Shown here piece by piece: positions 29,069-38,453 of a stretch of DNA of 64,000 nucleotides. The translations under genes were made by a program, and so were the position numbers. This DNA comes from a virus (taxonomy: Duplodnaviria > Caudoviricetes). The stretch covers positions 128,001 through 192,000 of IMG/VR virus record IMGVR_UViG_3300037484_000235; one strand, 5' to 3'. The stretch's first letter is position 1; every line of letters starts with the position of its first letter. The notes beneath the pieces are model-generated. The model did not search any database. It had not been told where the DNA came from and saw nothing but the letters and a program-made list of their open reading frames with translations.

Positions 29069-29665
29069 ATGACCGTTCGCAGCAAAAAGGCAACTGTACA
29101 GGGCGCTCGGCGGGTAACTGCCGGACTCGACAACTTCGCTTCGCTCTTTCAGAGCAATCACGAAGCTCTCGGGATTCCACAGAAGGTAGCGATGGATTTC
29201 GCACTTCGCTGTGACATGCTATCTGACGCTATCGAGCGTGGATTTAGCATTAGGAACGCGGCCTTCGATCCATCTTCGATCGGCAAGGAAGTTCCAGGTC
29301 CGCTGGTCTCTGACTCGAACAACCCATTCATGACTGGTGAGTTCACTCAGGAGCGTTTCAATGCTCTTGCTCAGAAGCAGATGAGCGGAGAACTTGCGTC
29401 GAACGCCGCCGGTCAGACAGCTGATCCCAAGCTCGCGGCATACGTTGCCAAGGAAGCTGCCAAGCTTGCCTTCACGATCCTCAAGGACCGTGCAGCAAAG
29501 CAGGCCGCTGAGAAGGCTGATGAGCCCAAGGAGGAAGAGGCTCCCAAGAAGGAAGCCAAGAAGTCCGAAGACGATGCAGAGACCAAGGACGATGAGTCCA
29601 AGGAAGACGAGTCCGAGGAAGCTGATAAGTCGGCTTCGTCTTTCGGTCTCTTCGATTCGAAGTAA
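29069..29665 (+). CDS. Putative internal head/scaffold-like protein with an acidic tail
   Basis: KKAT, RVTA, RNAA, KLAA and KSAS sites; EEAPKKEAKKSED block shared with the scaffold. Confidence 0.65.
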   Translation: MTVRSKKATVQGARRVTAGLDNFASLFQSNHEALGIPQKVAMDFALRCDMLSDAIERGFSIRNAAFDPSSIGKEVPGPLVSDSNNPFMTGEFTQERFNALAQKQMSGELASNAAGQTADPKLAAYVAKEAAKLAFTILKDRAAKQAAEKADEPKEEEAPKKEAKKSEDDAETKDDESKEDESEEADKSASSFGLFDSK

Positions 29666-29688
29666 CCCCTTACGATCTTTCGTGCCCG

Positions 29689-29719
29689 ACCCCCTCGCTA
29701 AAGGGGTGTGAATTGGAAC
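29689..29719 (+). repeat. Copy 2 of the 31-bp intergenic repeat
   Basis: ACCCCCTCGCTAAAGGGGTGTGAATTGGAAC, 24/31 identical to 1474-1504. Confidence 0.7.
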
Positions 29720-29735
29720 GAAGGGAGCATTCGAA

Positions 29736-30323
29736 TTGAAGCGAAAGGGAAACTACGCTGACTTTCAGGCACGGGCTTCTGCCTTTTCGGTGGGAGACCG
29801 TGTATACGCTATGGCCGGAGGCAATCCGGCTTTAGGCGGAACTGTCGTTGCAGTGTTTCCTGCAATCGGAATGGTCGATGTGCAACTCCCTCACGGTGCC
29901 GTTCGGTATCCTGTGGAAGATCTTGCCATAGATACATCCGATAACTTCGAGAATCTCACGGACTACCAAGCCGATTCCGTTCCCGGTGGCACCCCCACCG
30001 TTTCGGTTCCTGGTGGTCCGGATACTCTTGCGAAGGACGTGCGAGACCCCCTTACTCAGGAGTTCCTTGACCGTGAGGCGAGTGCAAGCCGCGTCCTAGA
30101 GGCGTACGTCAAGACAGCACTCTATTGGAATGCTCCTGACCGCAAGTACCGCATGTGTAAGGTGGACTTGGCGGCTGGTGTTCCTTCGTGTCCCCGATGC
30201 GAAGGTACTCCCCTACGCAAGGTGATTTACAAGCGTGAGGATGGCCGCAACGAGAAACTCCATGCGTGTCCAGAGTGTCTTTTCATGATCAAGAGCAGTG
30301 ACATCATCGGAATGGAAGGGTGA
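29736..30323 (+). CDS. KOW/SH3-like plus Zn-ribbon putative head protein
   Basis: FSVGDRV...GTVVAV...MVDVQ; CPRC..CPEC; REAS-ASRVLEAY and VKTA; TTG start uncertain. Confidence 0.55.
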   Translation: MKRKGNYADFQARASAFSVGDRVYAMAGGNPALGGTVVAVFPAIGMVDVQLPHGAVRYPVEDLAIDTSDNFENLTDYQADSVPGGTPTVSVPGGPDTLAKDVRDPLTQEFLDREASASRVLEAYVKTALYWNAPDRKYRMCKVDLAAGVPSCPRCEGTPLRKVIYKREDGRNEKLHACPECLFMIKSSDIIGMEG

Positions 30324-30326
30324 GTC

Positions 30327-31844
30327 ATGCCTTTCATGCGATATGCTAATGCCCGTTCAATCAACCCTCGCGTACAGGGGACGGCTTGGGACAACATTCG
30401 TATTGCCTCTGGCAAGCCACGGATGGATCGAAGTCTTGTAGACCAAGCCAGTAAGATTCTCAAAGCAGAGTTTGACCCGTCCAAGTTCTTGCTCACGCAT
30501 GCCACAATCGTTGCAAGCGTGGATACGATCCCTGGACCTAGCACAAGGCTCGGGGCCGTCACTGAGGACGGTAAGAAGATCGTTCGCAAGACAGCTAACT
30601 ACCGCATCAAATCCGGTTGTGATCGGTATGCAAATAACAATCTTGATGCGTGGGCACGATCGGTTCTTCTCAAGTCCTACAAAACATTCATCGGAGCAAA
30701 CTCTTTCGTTGAACACGTTCAGATTCAAGAGATGTCCAAGGGGCGCATCATTGACGCTGTGGCACGGGACATCGGAGATTCGGTCTACGTAGACATTCTG
30801 ATTGCCAATGACCGGAAACACGCGAGTCTGATCAAGGACATCGAGAGTGGAAAACTTTCCACTCTGAGCATGGGATGCAGTATAGATGGCTCGACGTGCA
30901 CGAAGTGCGGTCATTGGGCTGCCGATGAGACAGAGTTCTGCGACCATGTCCGCCATGAGAAGGGCAACACCTTCTATGGTGAGGATGGGCAAAAGTATCG
31001 GGTAGCAGAGCTTTGCGGTGACGAGAGCCTTGACCCCACTGGCGGGGTAACATTCATCGAGGCCTCTTGGGTTGAGACACCTGCGTTCACAGGTGCCGTT
31101 GCCCGGAACGTTCTCACTGTAGATTCCAAGTCCGAGAAAAAGGCTGCCAAGAGGATCCAGACAGTGTTCGAATCACCATCCCCACAGGTCAATCCTGCGG
31201 CCATGAAAAAGGCTGCTTTCGATTTGTCGGCAGATATGTTTGATGAGGAGCCGGAGACTCCTAATGAACTCCCAGTAGAGAAGCCGGAAGCCCCGGCTGA
31301 GACCCCGTCTGATGAGACCCCTGCGGCACCGGCCACAAAGGAGCCATCGGCCCTATCTGGGATCCAGGATGACCTCAAAAAGTTCGTTCTGGATTCGGTT
31401 CAAGATCAGTTGAAGTCAGAATTGGAGAAGTCGAAGATCAGGGATCAGGCGGGCCTACCATCTTCCGATGCCCCCAATGACACTGTGGTCAAGCAAGCTC
31501 GGGTTCAACGTAGAGCGGGGATGAAGAGGGCGTACAGTGCTTCTCTTCGGGAAATCCTTGCTACGTCTGGAACGGATGCTGATTTGATGAATCGAGTAGC
31601 CACCCTTAATATGGAAATCGGGATCCAAGTTCCCGTTTCTGTCTATAGAGGAGCGCTAAAGGTTGGAGCCCGAAATTCTTATCGGGATGTCAATCTGTTT
31701 CTGAGAGCTGCTTCAAAAGCTCTTGGACATCAACCTACCCCCAACGAGGCGCGAACGATGATTCGTCTGGCGTCCCTGTTGGAGGCACATCGGTACACTC
31801 GGCGTCACGCCGACCAGAATCGTTCGAAGGAGAATCTCAAATGA
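30327..31844 (+). CDS. Prohead maturation protease with an acidic/helical C-terminal extension
   Basis: HATIV, NNNLDAW, FVEH, TLSMGC..C..CG, FIEASWVETPAF; lies between portal and scaffold. Confidence 0.75.
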   Translation: MPFMRYANARSINPRVQGTAWDNIRIASGKPRMDRSLVDQASKILKAEFDPSKFLLTHATIVASVDTIPGPSTRLGAVTEDGKKIVRKTANYRIKSGCDRYANNNLDAWARSVLLKSYKTFIGANSFVEHVQIQEMSKGRIIDAVARDIGDSVYVDILIANDRKHASLIKDIESGKLSTLSMGCSIDGSTCTKCGHWAADETEFCDHVRHEKGNTFYGEDGQKYRVAELCGDESLDPTGGVTFIEASWVETPAFTGAVARNVLTVDSKSEKKAAKRIQTVFESPSPQVNPAAMKKAAFDLSADMFDEEPETPNELPVEKPEAPAETPSDETPAAPATKEPSALSGIQDDLKKFVLDSVQDQLKSELEKSKIRDQAGLPSSDAPNDTVVKQARVQRRAGMKRAYSASLREILATSGTDADLMNRVATLNMEIGIQVPVSVYRGALKVGARNSYRDVNLFLRAASKALGHQPTPNEARTMIRLASLLEAHRYTRRHADQNRSKENLK

Positions 31845-33139
31845 CCCGACGCGTGCGCATGACATGGTCCGATAAGAAGGCTTCGGCCGCTCCGGCAACC
31901 CCTCAGGGAGAGTCTGATCATCCTGCTACGCAGCCTGATCCAGAGGCCGACGACTACATGAATGGTAGTCCCTCTTCGTGGGCAGAAGACCCAACGAAGG
32001 GTCCCTACGGCCAGTCGGCAGCTCCATCTATGCCAACTGAGGCAGGTGGACACCCAGCATCGAAGGCTGCTTCGCGTGACGTCAGGGCGGCCATGGAGCA
32101 CAAGGCTAGCAAGTGCATTCGTGTCGCTCAGTCGATGCTTGGCCGTAAGGCAAGCGTAGACATGATCGAAGATCAGGCTCTTGACCTCATGAACCTCACG
32201 GATCGTCAGATTCAAGCGATGCTCACACGTATCGCTGTGGACGAAGATGAGACCGAGGAAGAGGATGAGGACGTAGCGGAGCCTGTCGCTGCCAAGAAGG
32301 CAGACGACGAGTCCGAGGACGAAGAGGAAGATGAGGTGGAAACAGCAGCCAAGAAGGCCGCTCACTTCACTCGCCTTGCTGCCTTCTGGACGGATGCAGC
32401 CAAGAAGTCCGCCAAGAAGTCTGAGGACGAGGATGATGAGGATGAGGATGAGAAGATCCTCACCGCCATGCTCAAGGAAGAGTCCAAGAAGGCTGCTCGC
32501 AAGTCCGCCAAGAAGTCTGAGGACGAGGATGAGACCAAGGACGAAGAGGCTCCCAAGAAGGAAGCTAAGAAGTCTGAGGACGAGACCGAGACCGAAGACG
32601 AAGAGGCCCCCAAGAAGGAAGCCAAGAAGTCTGAGGACGAGACCGAGACCGAAGAGTCTGAGGACAAGGCGGACAAGACAGCCTGCGGCGAAGACGAAGC
32701 GCTTCTAGCCAGCATGGTTGCGGACATGGACTCGCCAATGGCCGACGACATGGATCCAATGGACGACATGGACCCAATGGACCCCATGATGGATGATCCA
32801 ATGGCTCTCATGGACTCCGATGACATGGGTATGAGCGACGACGACATGGGCCTTCTTTACGGAAGCCGCTTTGCCAAGAAGTCTGAGGGCGACGAGCCCG
32901 ATGGCGACGAAGCAGAGGAGCCAAAGAAGGAAGAGCCGAAGAAGGATGAGGCCAAGACGGCTGCTTCCAGGACCGCTGCGGCCAAGCGCACCGCTGCACT
33001 CAAGCCACAGCCCCGCCTGGCATCAACAGGCGTTCGCACCCTCGGTACGGTCACCAAGACCGCATCTTCGACAGAGATCACTGACCTCTCAAAGCTTTGG
33101 GAGTCCGCTCCTGATGTATCGAAGGTATTTGGGAACTGA
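31841..33139 (+). CDS. Capsid scaffolding protein (acidic, low complexity)
   Basis: E/D/K-rich repeats, MDPMDD repeats, dense KxA sites, LSKLWE C-terminus; located before the decoration and capsid genes. Confidence 0.75.
   Translation: MTRRVRMTWSDKKASAAPATPQGESDHPATQPDPEADDYMNGSPSSWAEDPTKGPYGQSAAPSMPTEAGGHPASKAASRDVRAAMEHKASKCIRVAQSMLGRKASVDMIEDQALDLMNLTDRQIQAMLTRIAVDEDETEEEDEDVAEPVAAKKADDESEDEEEDEVETAAKKAAHFTRLAAFWTDAAKKSAKKSEDEDDEDEDEKILTAMLKEESKKAARKSAKKSEDEDETKDEEAPKKEAKKSEDETETEDEEAPKKEAKKSEDETETEESEDKADKTACGEDEALLASMVADMDSPMADDMDPMDDMDPMDPMMDDPMALMDSDDMGMSDDDMGLLYGSRFAKKSEGDEPDGDEAEEPKKEEPKKDEAKTAASRTAAAKRTAALKPQPRLASTGVRTLGTVTKTASSTEITDLSKLWESAPDVSKVFGN
32390..32665 (+). repeat. Tandem (A)KKSEDE(DET) coding repeats in the scaffold
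   Basis: Repeated CAAGAAGTCTGAGGACGAG and GAGGCYCCCAAGAAGGAAGC units. Confidence 0.85.
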
Positions 33140-33175
33140 TTTCCCGCAACAAAATAGCCTAAAAGGCTGATCGTG

Positions 33176-33215
33176 AGGGGCTGTGCGAAAAAATCGCACG
33201 GCCCCTTTCGTTTTT
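33176..33215 (+). terminator. Rho-independent terminator after the scaffold gene
   Basis: 13-bp stem AGGGGCTGTGCGA/TCGCACGGCCCCT with an A5 loop, then TTCGTTTTT. Confidence 0.75.
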
Positions 33216-33342
33216 CCGCTAATAGCAATCACTTATACTGACAGGGCAATGATTGCCAGGTCCCACTCACAAGGTGTGGGTGGAGTTCTAGGTCACGATC
33301 CAACACCACTCCCCGAACAGGGAGCAAGACAGGAGCAAGGCT

Positions 33343-34023
33343 ATGCCATTGCTTGGACAGGCGAGCGGTGGGTGGACGGAAAGCTCTTCAGCTCTGAGGA
33401 TTCTCCACGTCGGTATTCGCAATACCGTCGGAGTCCTCTCGGATGACGCGTTTCGTCAGGTAAATCCACCCATCACGAGCACCGCAGGAACAGTCAGCAC
33501 ATCGCCCGGAGCCCTCACTGAGGTCTTCGGAGTCCTCTCGGGTTCGGTCGCGTTCACGCGTCCAGACGCGGGAACCAACCACATCGGCGGTCCCGTGAAC
33601 GTCGCTGTGTCCGGTGTGACCGCAGCACAGGCGCTCAACACGCGCCCACTTGGTTGCTTCATCAACAACGCCGCAGGAAACCCCTACGAGAACCTCCCAG
33701 CGAGCGCCTCGAACAAGGGTCCCTACGTCGCCGCGATGGGCACGTACGGAAACCGTCTCTACGAGACGCAGCTGCTTCAGGCAGCGGCCCCTCTCGGCCA
33801 GGGCGACGCGATCCCCTACCTCACCGGACAAGAGCTGATCTCGTCGATGAACGGGTATCTCATGCCACGCGGGTACGACAACGCAGGTGCGTTCGTCTCC
33901 CTCGACATCGCGACGATCGCGATTGAGCCCGAGAACGGCACGGCGGTTTCGCACCTCCTTGGCGTCCTCAAGATGGTCCCTGACTCCGTAATGACCGAAC
34001 TCGTCTACGACGCTCGCGTCTGA
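33343..34023 (+). CDS. Head decoration/cement protein
   Basis: Directly upstream of the major capsid gene, strongly biased codons; paralogous to 46598-47170. Confidence 0.65.
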   Translation: MPLLGQASGGWTESSSALRILHVGIRNTVGVLSDDAFRQVNPPITSTAGTVSTSPGALTEVFGVLSGSVAFTRPDAGTNHIGGPVNVAVSGVTAAQALNTRPLGCFINNAAGNPYENLPASASNKGPYVAAMGTYGNRLYETQLLQAAAPLGQGDAIPYLTGQELISSMNGYLMPRGYDNAGAFVSLDIATIAIEPENGTAVSHLLGVLKMVPDSVMTELVYDARV

Positions 34024-34034
34024 GGAAACCAGCC

Positions 34035-34913
34035 ATGACCACCACAGTCAACAACGCCGTCAAGCAGAAGATCATCAGCGACTACCTCAAGACAGCTTCG
34101 GGCCGTAACAAGCTCGCAGCGTCGATGACGCAGCCGCTCCGCACTCGCCGCGACTACATGAGCGTCGGTCGCAAGACCTTCCTCGTGGAGCAGCTCCCCG
34201 ATGGTGCGCTTCCGATCTACGACAAGGACCCGGACGTCACCGCGTTCGTGGTCGGCGAGGAAGGCGAGAACATCCTCGCCATCACCAAGCCACGCCGTGT
34301 GATCTTCCCGCTGTTCGAGATCGCATCGAACCCGGAAATCCCACTCACGCAGATCAAGGAGCGTCGCTTCGATCTGATCGAACGCGCCCAGGATCTTGCG
34401 CGTGCGCAGATTCAGGCAGCAGAAGACGAGCGTGTCTTCGCAGTGCTTGACGCAATCGCAGTCAACGGATTCGACTCGCTTCCCGGCGGGACGAACGCTG
34501 ACATCCCGGTCATCGCACCGATCACCGGCGCGGTACTCGCAGACGCCTTCTCGCTCATCGAGCGCCACGACCTTCGGGTTGCTCGCGTTTACATGAACGC
34601 GCGGGACTACGCGGATATCCGCAAGTTCGGTCGGGACATCCTGGACATCGAGTCCCAGGCCACCCTGCTCAAGACCGGACTTCAGGCCACCCTCTGGGGC
34701 GCCCAGGTCATCACGAGCCGTCTCGTCCCCGTCGGCACCGTGTACGTGTGCTGCGAGCCCGAGATGTTTGGACGCATTCCCGTACGTACGGAACTCACGG
34801 TCCTGTCTGCCGACGACCCGAAGGCCCGCACGATTGGATTTTCGGTCTTCGAAAATTTGGGCATCGGCGCATACAACCCACGTGGGTTGGTCCGACTCAC
34901 GATCACTCGCTGA
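34035..34913 (+). CDS. Major capsid protein (probably HK97 fold)
   Basis: 292 aa after protease, scaffold and decoration; strongest codon bias in the window; followed by a terminator; IQAAEDERVF and LWGAQVITS patterns. Confidence 0.85.
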   Translation: MTTTVNNAVKQKIISDYLKTASGRNKLAASMTQPLRTRRDYMSVGRKTFLVEQLPDGALPIYDKDPDVTAFVVGEEGENILAITKPRRVIFPLFEIASNPEIPLTQIKERRFDLIERAQDLARAQIQAAEDERVFAVLDAIAVNGFDSLPGGTNADIPVIAPITGAVLADAFSLIERHDLRVARVYMNARDYADIRKFGRDILDIESQATLLKTGLQATLWGAQVITSRLVPVGTVYVCCEPEMFGRIPVRTELTVLSADDPKARTIGFSVFENLGIGAYNPRGLVRLTITR

Positions 34914-34941
34914 TCGTAAACCCCTGTAAAATAGGGTGACT

Positions 34942-34982
34942 GAGAGGCTCGGTTCCGAGAGGGACCGGGCCTCTCGTCTTTA
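34942..34982 (+). terminator. Terminator after the major capsid gene
   Basis: GAGAGGCTCGGTTCC-GAGA-GGGACCGGGCCTCTC followed by GTCTTT. Confidence 0.75.
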
Positions 34983-35031
34983 ACTCGCTGGGATCGGCCC
35001 AGTCCAGAAATACTTTCCGATCCTTATAGCT

Positions 35032-37626
35032 TTGGCCTCGTCCTGTGTTATGGTACCGATAATCACCGACGGGGCATACTACTTGGAAACCTCTCCGAAG
35101 AACTCCCCTAACAAGGGGTGGGCAAAACAGAATGGGCTTGATAGTAATCTTCTCAGGACTCTCTATGAGGAGATGACAGACAAAGAGATTGCGATTCGCT
35201 ATGCAGTGAGTGACGCCTTGATTTCCTACTACCGTAGGAAATGGGGCATCCAAACAAAGACGACCCGACAGAGGGTTGATAAGTCTCGGGTAGGTCAACC
35301 GACTCTGGATGACCTGACACCTGTCACCCTAGCGGACCTTTATGCGCAGATGGGTGATCGACAGGTTGCCAAGCTCTACGGGGTCCAAAAGCCTGCCATC
35401 ACAAGACTCAGACAGAAGTGGGGTATCTCAGCGCTGTCTAAGGGGGATCGCTCCGCAAATCAGTCAACTGGATTCACTGAGGTCCAGAAAGAGGCATGCG
35501 TTGGTACCCTTCTTGGGGATGGGCATCTCCTTGAGCGTGGGGTTCTGAAAGTCACCCACTCACAGGCTCAACTTCCCTACTTGATGAGGCTTCATGCTTT
35601 TCTAGCCCCCCATGTTCTCCCGATCTTCTACGAGGAGAAAGACATGGTGGAGAGCGGGCAGGTCGCCTACGCTTTCGGGTTTCGGACAGTGCAACACCCG
35701 TGGCTTGCAACCCTACGTGGTCTTTTTTACCCAGAGGGTCGAAAGGTGTTTCCGGAGGCTGTCCTATCGGCTCTTTCCCCACGATCCCTAGCTTACTGGT
35801 ATTGGGACGACGGGCATCTTGACTCCGGATTGCCCTCATTTGCGCTTGGTAACATTACAGAGTCTGAGGCTAATAGGGTGGCTCAACTCGTTGGTGAACG
35901 ATTCTCTTTGGACACCTACGTGAAGCCGCAATCCACGGAGACATGCAAGCTCCTTGGCATTAGAGCCCGTACCGCTGACGTGTTATTCTACCTGATCCGA
36001 GAGTTTGCGACGGTCGATCTCCTTTACAAAATGCCACAGAAGCATTGGCCACCTGGGATGGTCCCTAAGGTGCTTCCTTTGACCAAGGAAGCTCACGCCC
36101 TACCCGCCCCCTTAGTAGAGAGGTGTAGCGGATGGGGGAGCCTCAGTGAGGACCAGCGTGCAACCTTGTTGACTGATCTGGAGCAACACTGGCATACGAT
36201 TGGATTTCCTCACCCAGAGCCAAGACCGGAAGAGATTGGTGTGATTCACGCACTCAATCACACCCAGGTCATCCAGGATGGTGTAGTCAAGAACAGACAG
36301 GTTGGGCAGGCAACGTGTCATGCTTTTGCACCACATATCTGGAAAGCACGGTCCTATGGCGCGTCGTCAAGCCCGGATGACATCTTCCAGGATCCAACGC
36401 TTCTACAACAGGCATTCAAGTTGTGCCTCAATGGAGGGGGGATACCTAACGGCGCACGACTCAGAGGGGTTCTCAGGCTCCTTAGGCGATCTGGCGTCTA
36501 CAACTTTCGCCCATCAGCAGCTAAGGCGCTCACTGACCGTTACTGTCGTGTTGGGGGGACTGTGTGGGATCCGTGCGCTGGTTACGGGGGCCGCCTTCTG
36601 GGTGTAGCGCTCTCATCCGCCCTTCCCCATTACATCGCGTGTGAGCCCCAGAGCGAGACCTACACCCGACTTCACCATCTCCGGGATTGGGTTGACTCCT
36701 ATGTTCCTGGGGTTGCTTCCAGGGTGTCACTTCACAATGTACCTGCTGAGGAATTCGACGTTCCAACAGGAGTTGATATGGTGCTTACCTCCCCTCCTTA
36801 TTGGAAGCGGGAAACATACGGGAATGAGCCAACTCAATCCGGAATTCGTTACCCTACTTATGCAGCATGGTTGGAAGGATTTTGGAGGGTGGTGCTCACA
36901 AAGTCTGTACAGGCCCTACGCCCTGGGGGGTGGTTGGTACTCAACGTAGACAACTTCAAGATCGGGGGACAAGAGTACGGTCTCGTGGGAGACACAACCT
37001 TGCTCGTAAGGGGGTTTGGTTTCGGGGAACCAGATGTGTTGCGGTACGCGATGCCAGCCCCTGGAGACTCAGATAACGCTGAGTATGTTCTATGTTGGCC
37101 AAAGGCAGGTGTTTCATCCCAGGCGGTTCCAGTTGAGCCGATCAATGTGTCCTCGTGTTCTGGGTGTGGCAAACCGACACCGTTCTCACAGCTTTTAGGC
37201 GGGGAATGTAGTCGGTGCCGAACATTGAAGGGCGTAACAGTCGTGTGTGAGGGATGCGGGAAGCCTTTTGTGTCTCTCCGGTCTGGGACACGATTTCATA
37301 ACGAAGCCTGTTATGCTAGATTCAAACGACGGAAGTATCGGGAGGCAAATCCAGCAAAGACTTCTCGCACGTTCACCTGTGTGACTTGCGAATCCACATG
37401 GGAGACTGATCTGCATGGGAATTTCCATACTTGTCCTACGTGCCGTGAAGCCGCTGAGGTAGCAGGTCGAACGAAGATTTGCGTCTATCGGCACTGTGGC
37501 AAGTCTTTCGTGGATACATCTCCGAAGAACGGGATGAAGTTCTGTGCTCCTGAGTGTGGTAGACGGGAAAAGATGTTCAGATGTGGGAAGGCTATGGACG
37601 AGTCTTACTTCCGAGTCCGGGCGTGA
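35032..37626 (+). CDS. Fusion: 2 HTH, LAGLIDADG endonuclease, amino-DNA methyltransferase and multiple Zn ribbons
   Basis: GTLLGDGHL...YWYWDDG (LAGLIDADG_2-like); FRPSAAK..VWDPCAGYGGR (motif I) and TSPPYW (motif IV); 7 CxxC-type pairs at the C-terminus. Confidence 0.85.
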   Translation: MASSCVMVPIITDGAYYLETSPKNSPNKGWAKQNGLDSNLLRTLYEEMTDKEIAIRYAVSDALISYYRRKWGIQTKTTRQRVDKSRVGQPTLDDLTPVTLADLYAQMGDRQVAKLYGVQKPAITRLRQKWGISALSKGDRSANQSTGFTEVQKEACVGTLLGDGHLLERGVLKVTHSQAQLPYLMRLHAFLAPHVLPIFYEEKDMVESGQVAYAFGFRTVQHPWLATLRGLFYPEGRKVFPEAVLSALSPRSLAYWYWDDGHLDSGLPSFALGNITESEANRVAQLVGERFSLDTYVKPQSTETCKLLGIRARTADVLFYLIREFATVDLLYKMPQKHWPPGMVPKVLPLTKEAHALPAPLVERCSGWGSLSEDQRATLLTDLEQHWHTIGFPHPEPRPEEIGVIHALNHTQVIQDGVVKNRQVGQATCHAFAPHIWKARSYGASSSPDDIFQDPTLLQQAFKLCLNGGGIPNGARLRGVLRLLRRSGVYNFRPSAAKALTDRYCRVGGTVWDPCAGYGGRLLGVALSSALPHYIACEPQSETYTRLHHLRDWVDSYVPGVASRVSLHNVPAEEFDVPTGVDMVLTSPPYWKRETYGNEPTQSGIRYPTYAAWLEGFWRVVLTKSVQALRPGGWLVLNVDNFKIGGQEYGLVGDTTLLVRGFGFGEPDVLRYAMPAPGDSDNAEYVLCWPKAGVSSQAVPVEPINVSSCSGCGKPTPFSQLLGGECSRCRTLKGVTVVCEGCGKPFVSLRSGTRFHNEACYARFKRRKYREANPAKTSRTFTCVTCESTWETDLHGNFHTCPTCREAAEVAGRTKICVYRHCGKSFVDTSPKNGMKFCAPECGRREKMFRCGKAMDESYFRVRA

Positions 37627-38034
37627 ATGTCAGTTGAAGTGCGTAAGGGTGCTATGGCCACCAAACCAGAAACTCCAAATCAGTTTGATGCATGGGCGGC
37701 TCCCCGTTCCAAGTTCACTCCCTCCGTGGAGGAGGCAAAAAAGAACAGTGGGATTGAACAGGTCTCTAAGGGGTATGCCGACCTGATAGCCGCAGGAATC
37801 CCGATTGCCATGAGGATCTGTGAGGAGAGGGGGAGAGTGACCTCTGTTGAAGTGGAAGCGGAGATGTTGTCAGACTCTCGTTATGCATCGAGGATGGCTG
37901 AAATCCCGGTGGGGGAAACTACGCCCGAGAGACGTTGGCTGGGGCATATCTTCCAGAGAGGTGGTTGGAAGCGTTTTGGCTACGAACCAACTGGATCTCA
38001 TGGCCGCCCTGTGTCCATCTGGAAACGTGCCTGA
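37627..38034 (+). CDS. Hypothetical protein
   Basis: 135-aa ORF; start may be ATG 37654. Confidence 0.6.
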   Translation: MSVEVRKGAMATKPETPNQFDAWAAPRSKFTPSVEEAKKNSGIEQVSKGYADLIAAGIPIAMRICEERGRVTSVEVEAEMLSDSRYASRMAEIPVGETTPERRWLGHIFQRGGWKRFGYEPTGSHGRPVSIWKRA

Positions 38035-38069
38035 CTGGGTCGGTGGCGCCCCTATCATTCTCCTAACGT

Positions 38070-38255
38070 ATGCAAGATGAGGATGGGAAGCCGCCAGACC
38101 CACGATGGATTCGTGCAGTAGACATCGTCTCTTGTGTGATTGTCTGCGCCTTTGCCCTCGCCGGTCGTTACAAGATCGCAGATAGCATTGACGACTTCAT
38201 GCACCCAGTGCTCGTCAGGGCCCGGGCCCGTGCTCGTGCAAGGAGGACTACGTGA
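38070..38255 (+). CDS. Small membrane protein
   Basis: One hydrophobic segment AVDIVSCVIVCAFALAG. Confidence 0.5.
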   Translation: MQDEDGKPPDPRWIRAVDIVSCVIVCAFALAGRYKIADSIDDFMHPVLVRARARARARRTT

Positions 38256-38431
38256 CCGTGATTACGCGTTCCCAAAAAGCTGCGGATGCTGCGGTGGTTG
38301 TGGTCGATGCTGCACGCCGCCTGATACACAACAGGCATAAGGAGGGGCTCCCACGCGCCACAGAGATTGCTTTGTATGATGCACTAGAGCAGGCGGTGTT
38401 GTTCTATGAGGAGTGCAGGTCGGTAACGTAG
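38252..38431 (+). CDS. Small hypothetical protein (59 aa, below the track cut-off)
   Basis: GTG overlapping the upstream TGA, AGGAGG SD; MTVITRSQKAADAA... Confidence 0.55.
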   Translation: MTVITRSQKAADAAVVVVDAARRLIHNRHKEGLPRATEIALYDALEQAVLFYEECRSVT

Positions 38432-38453
38432 AGCAACCCGTACAGGAGCCCTC

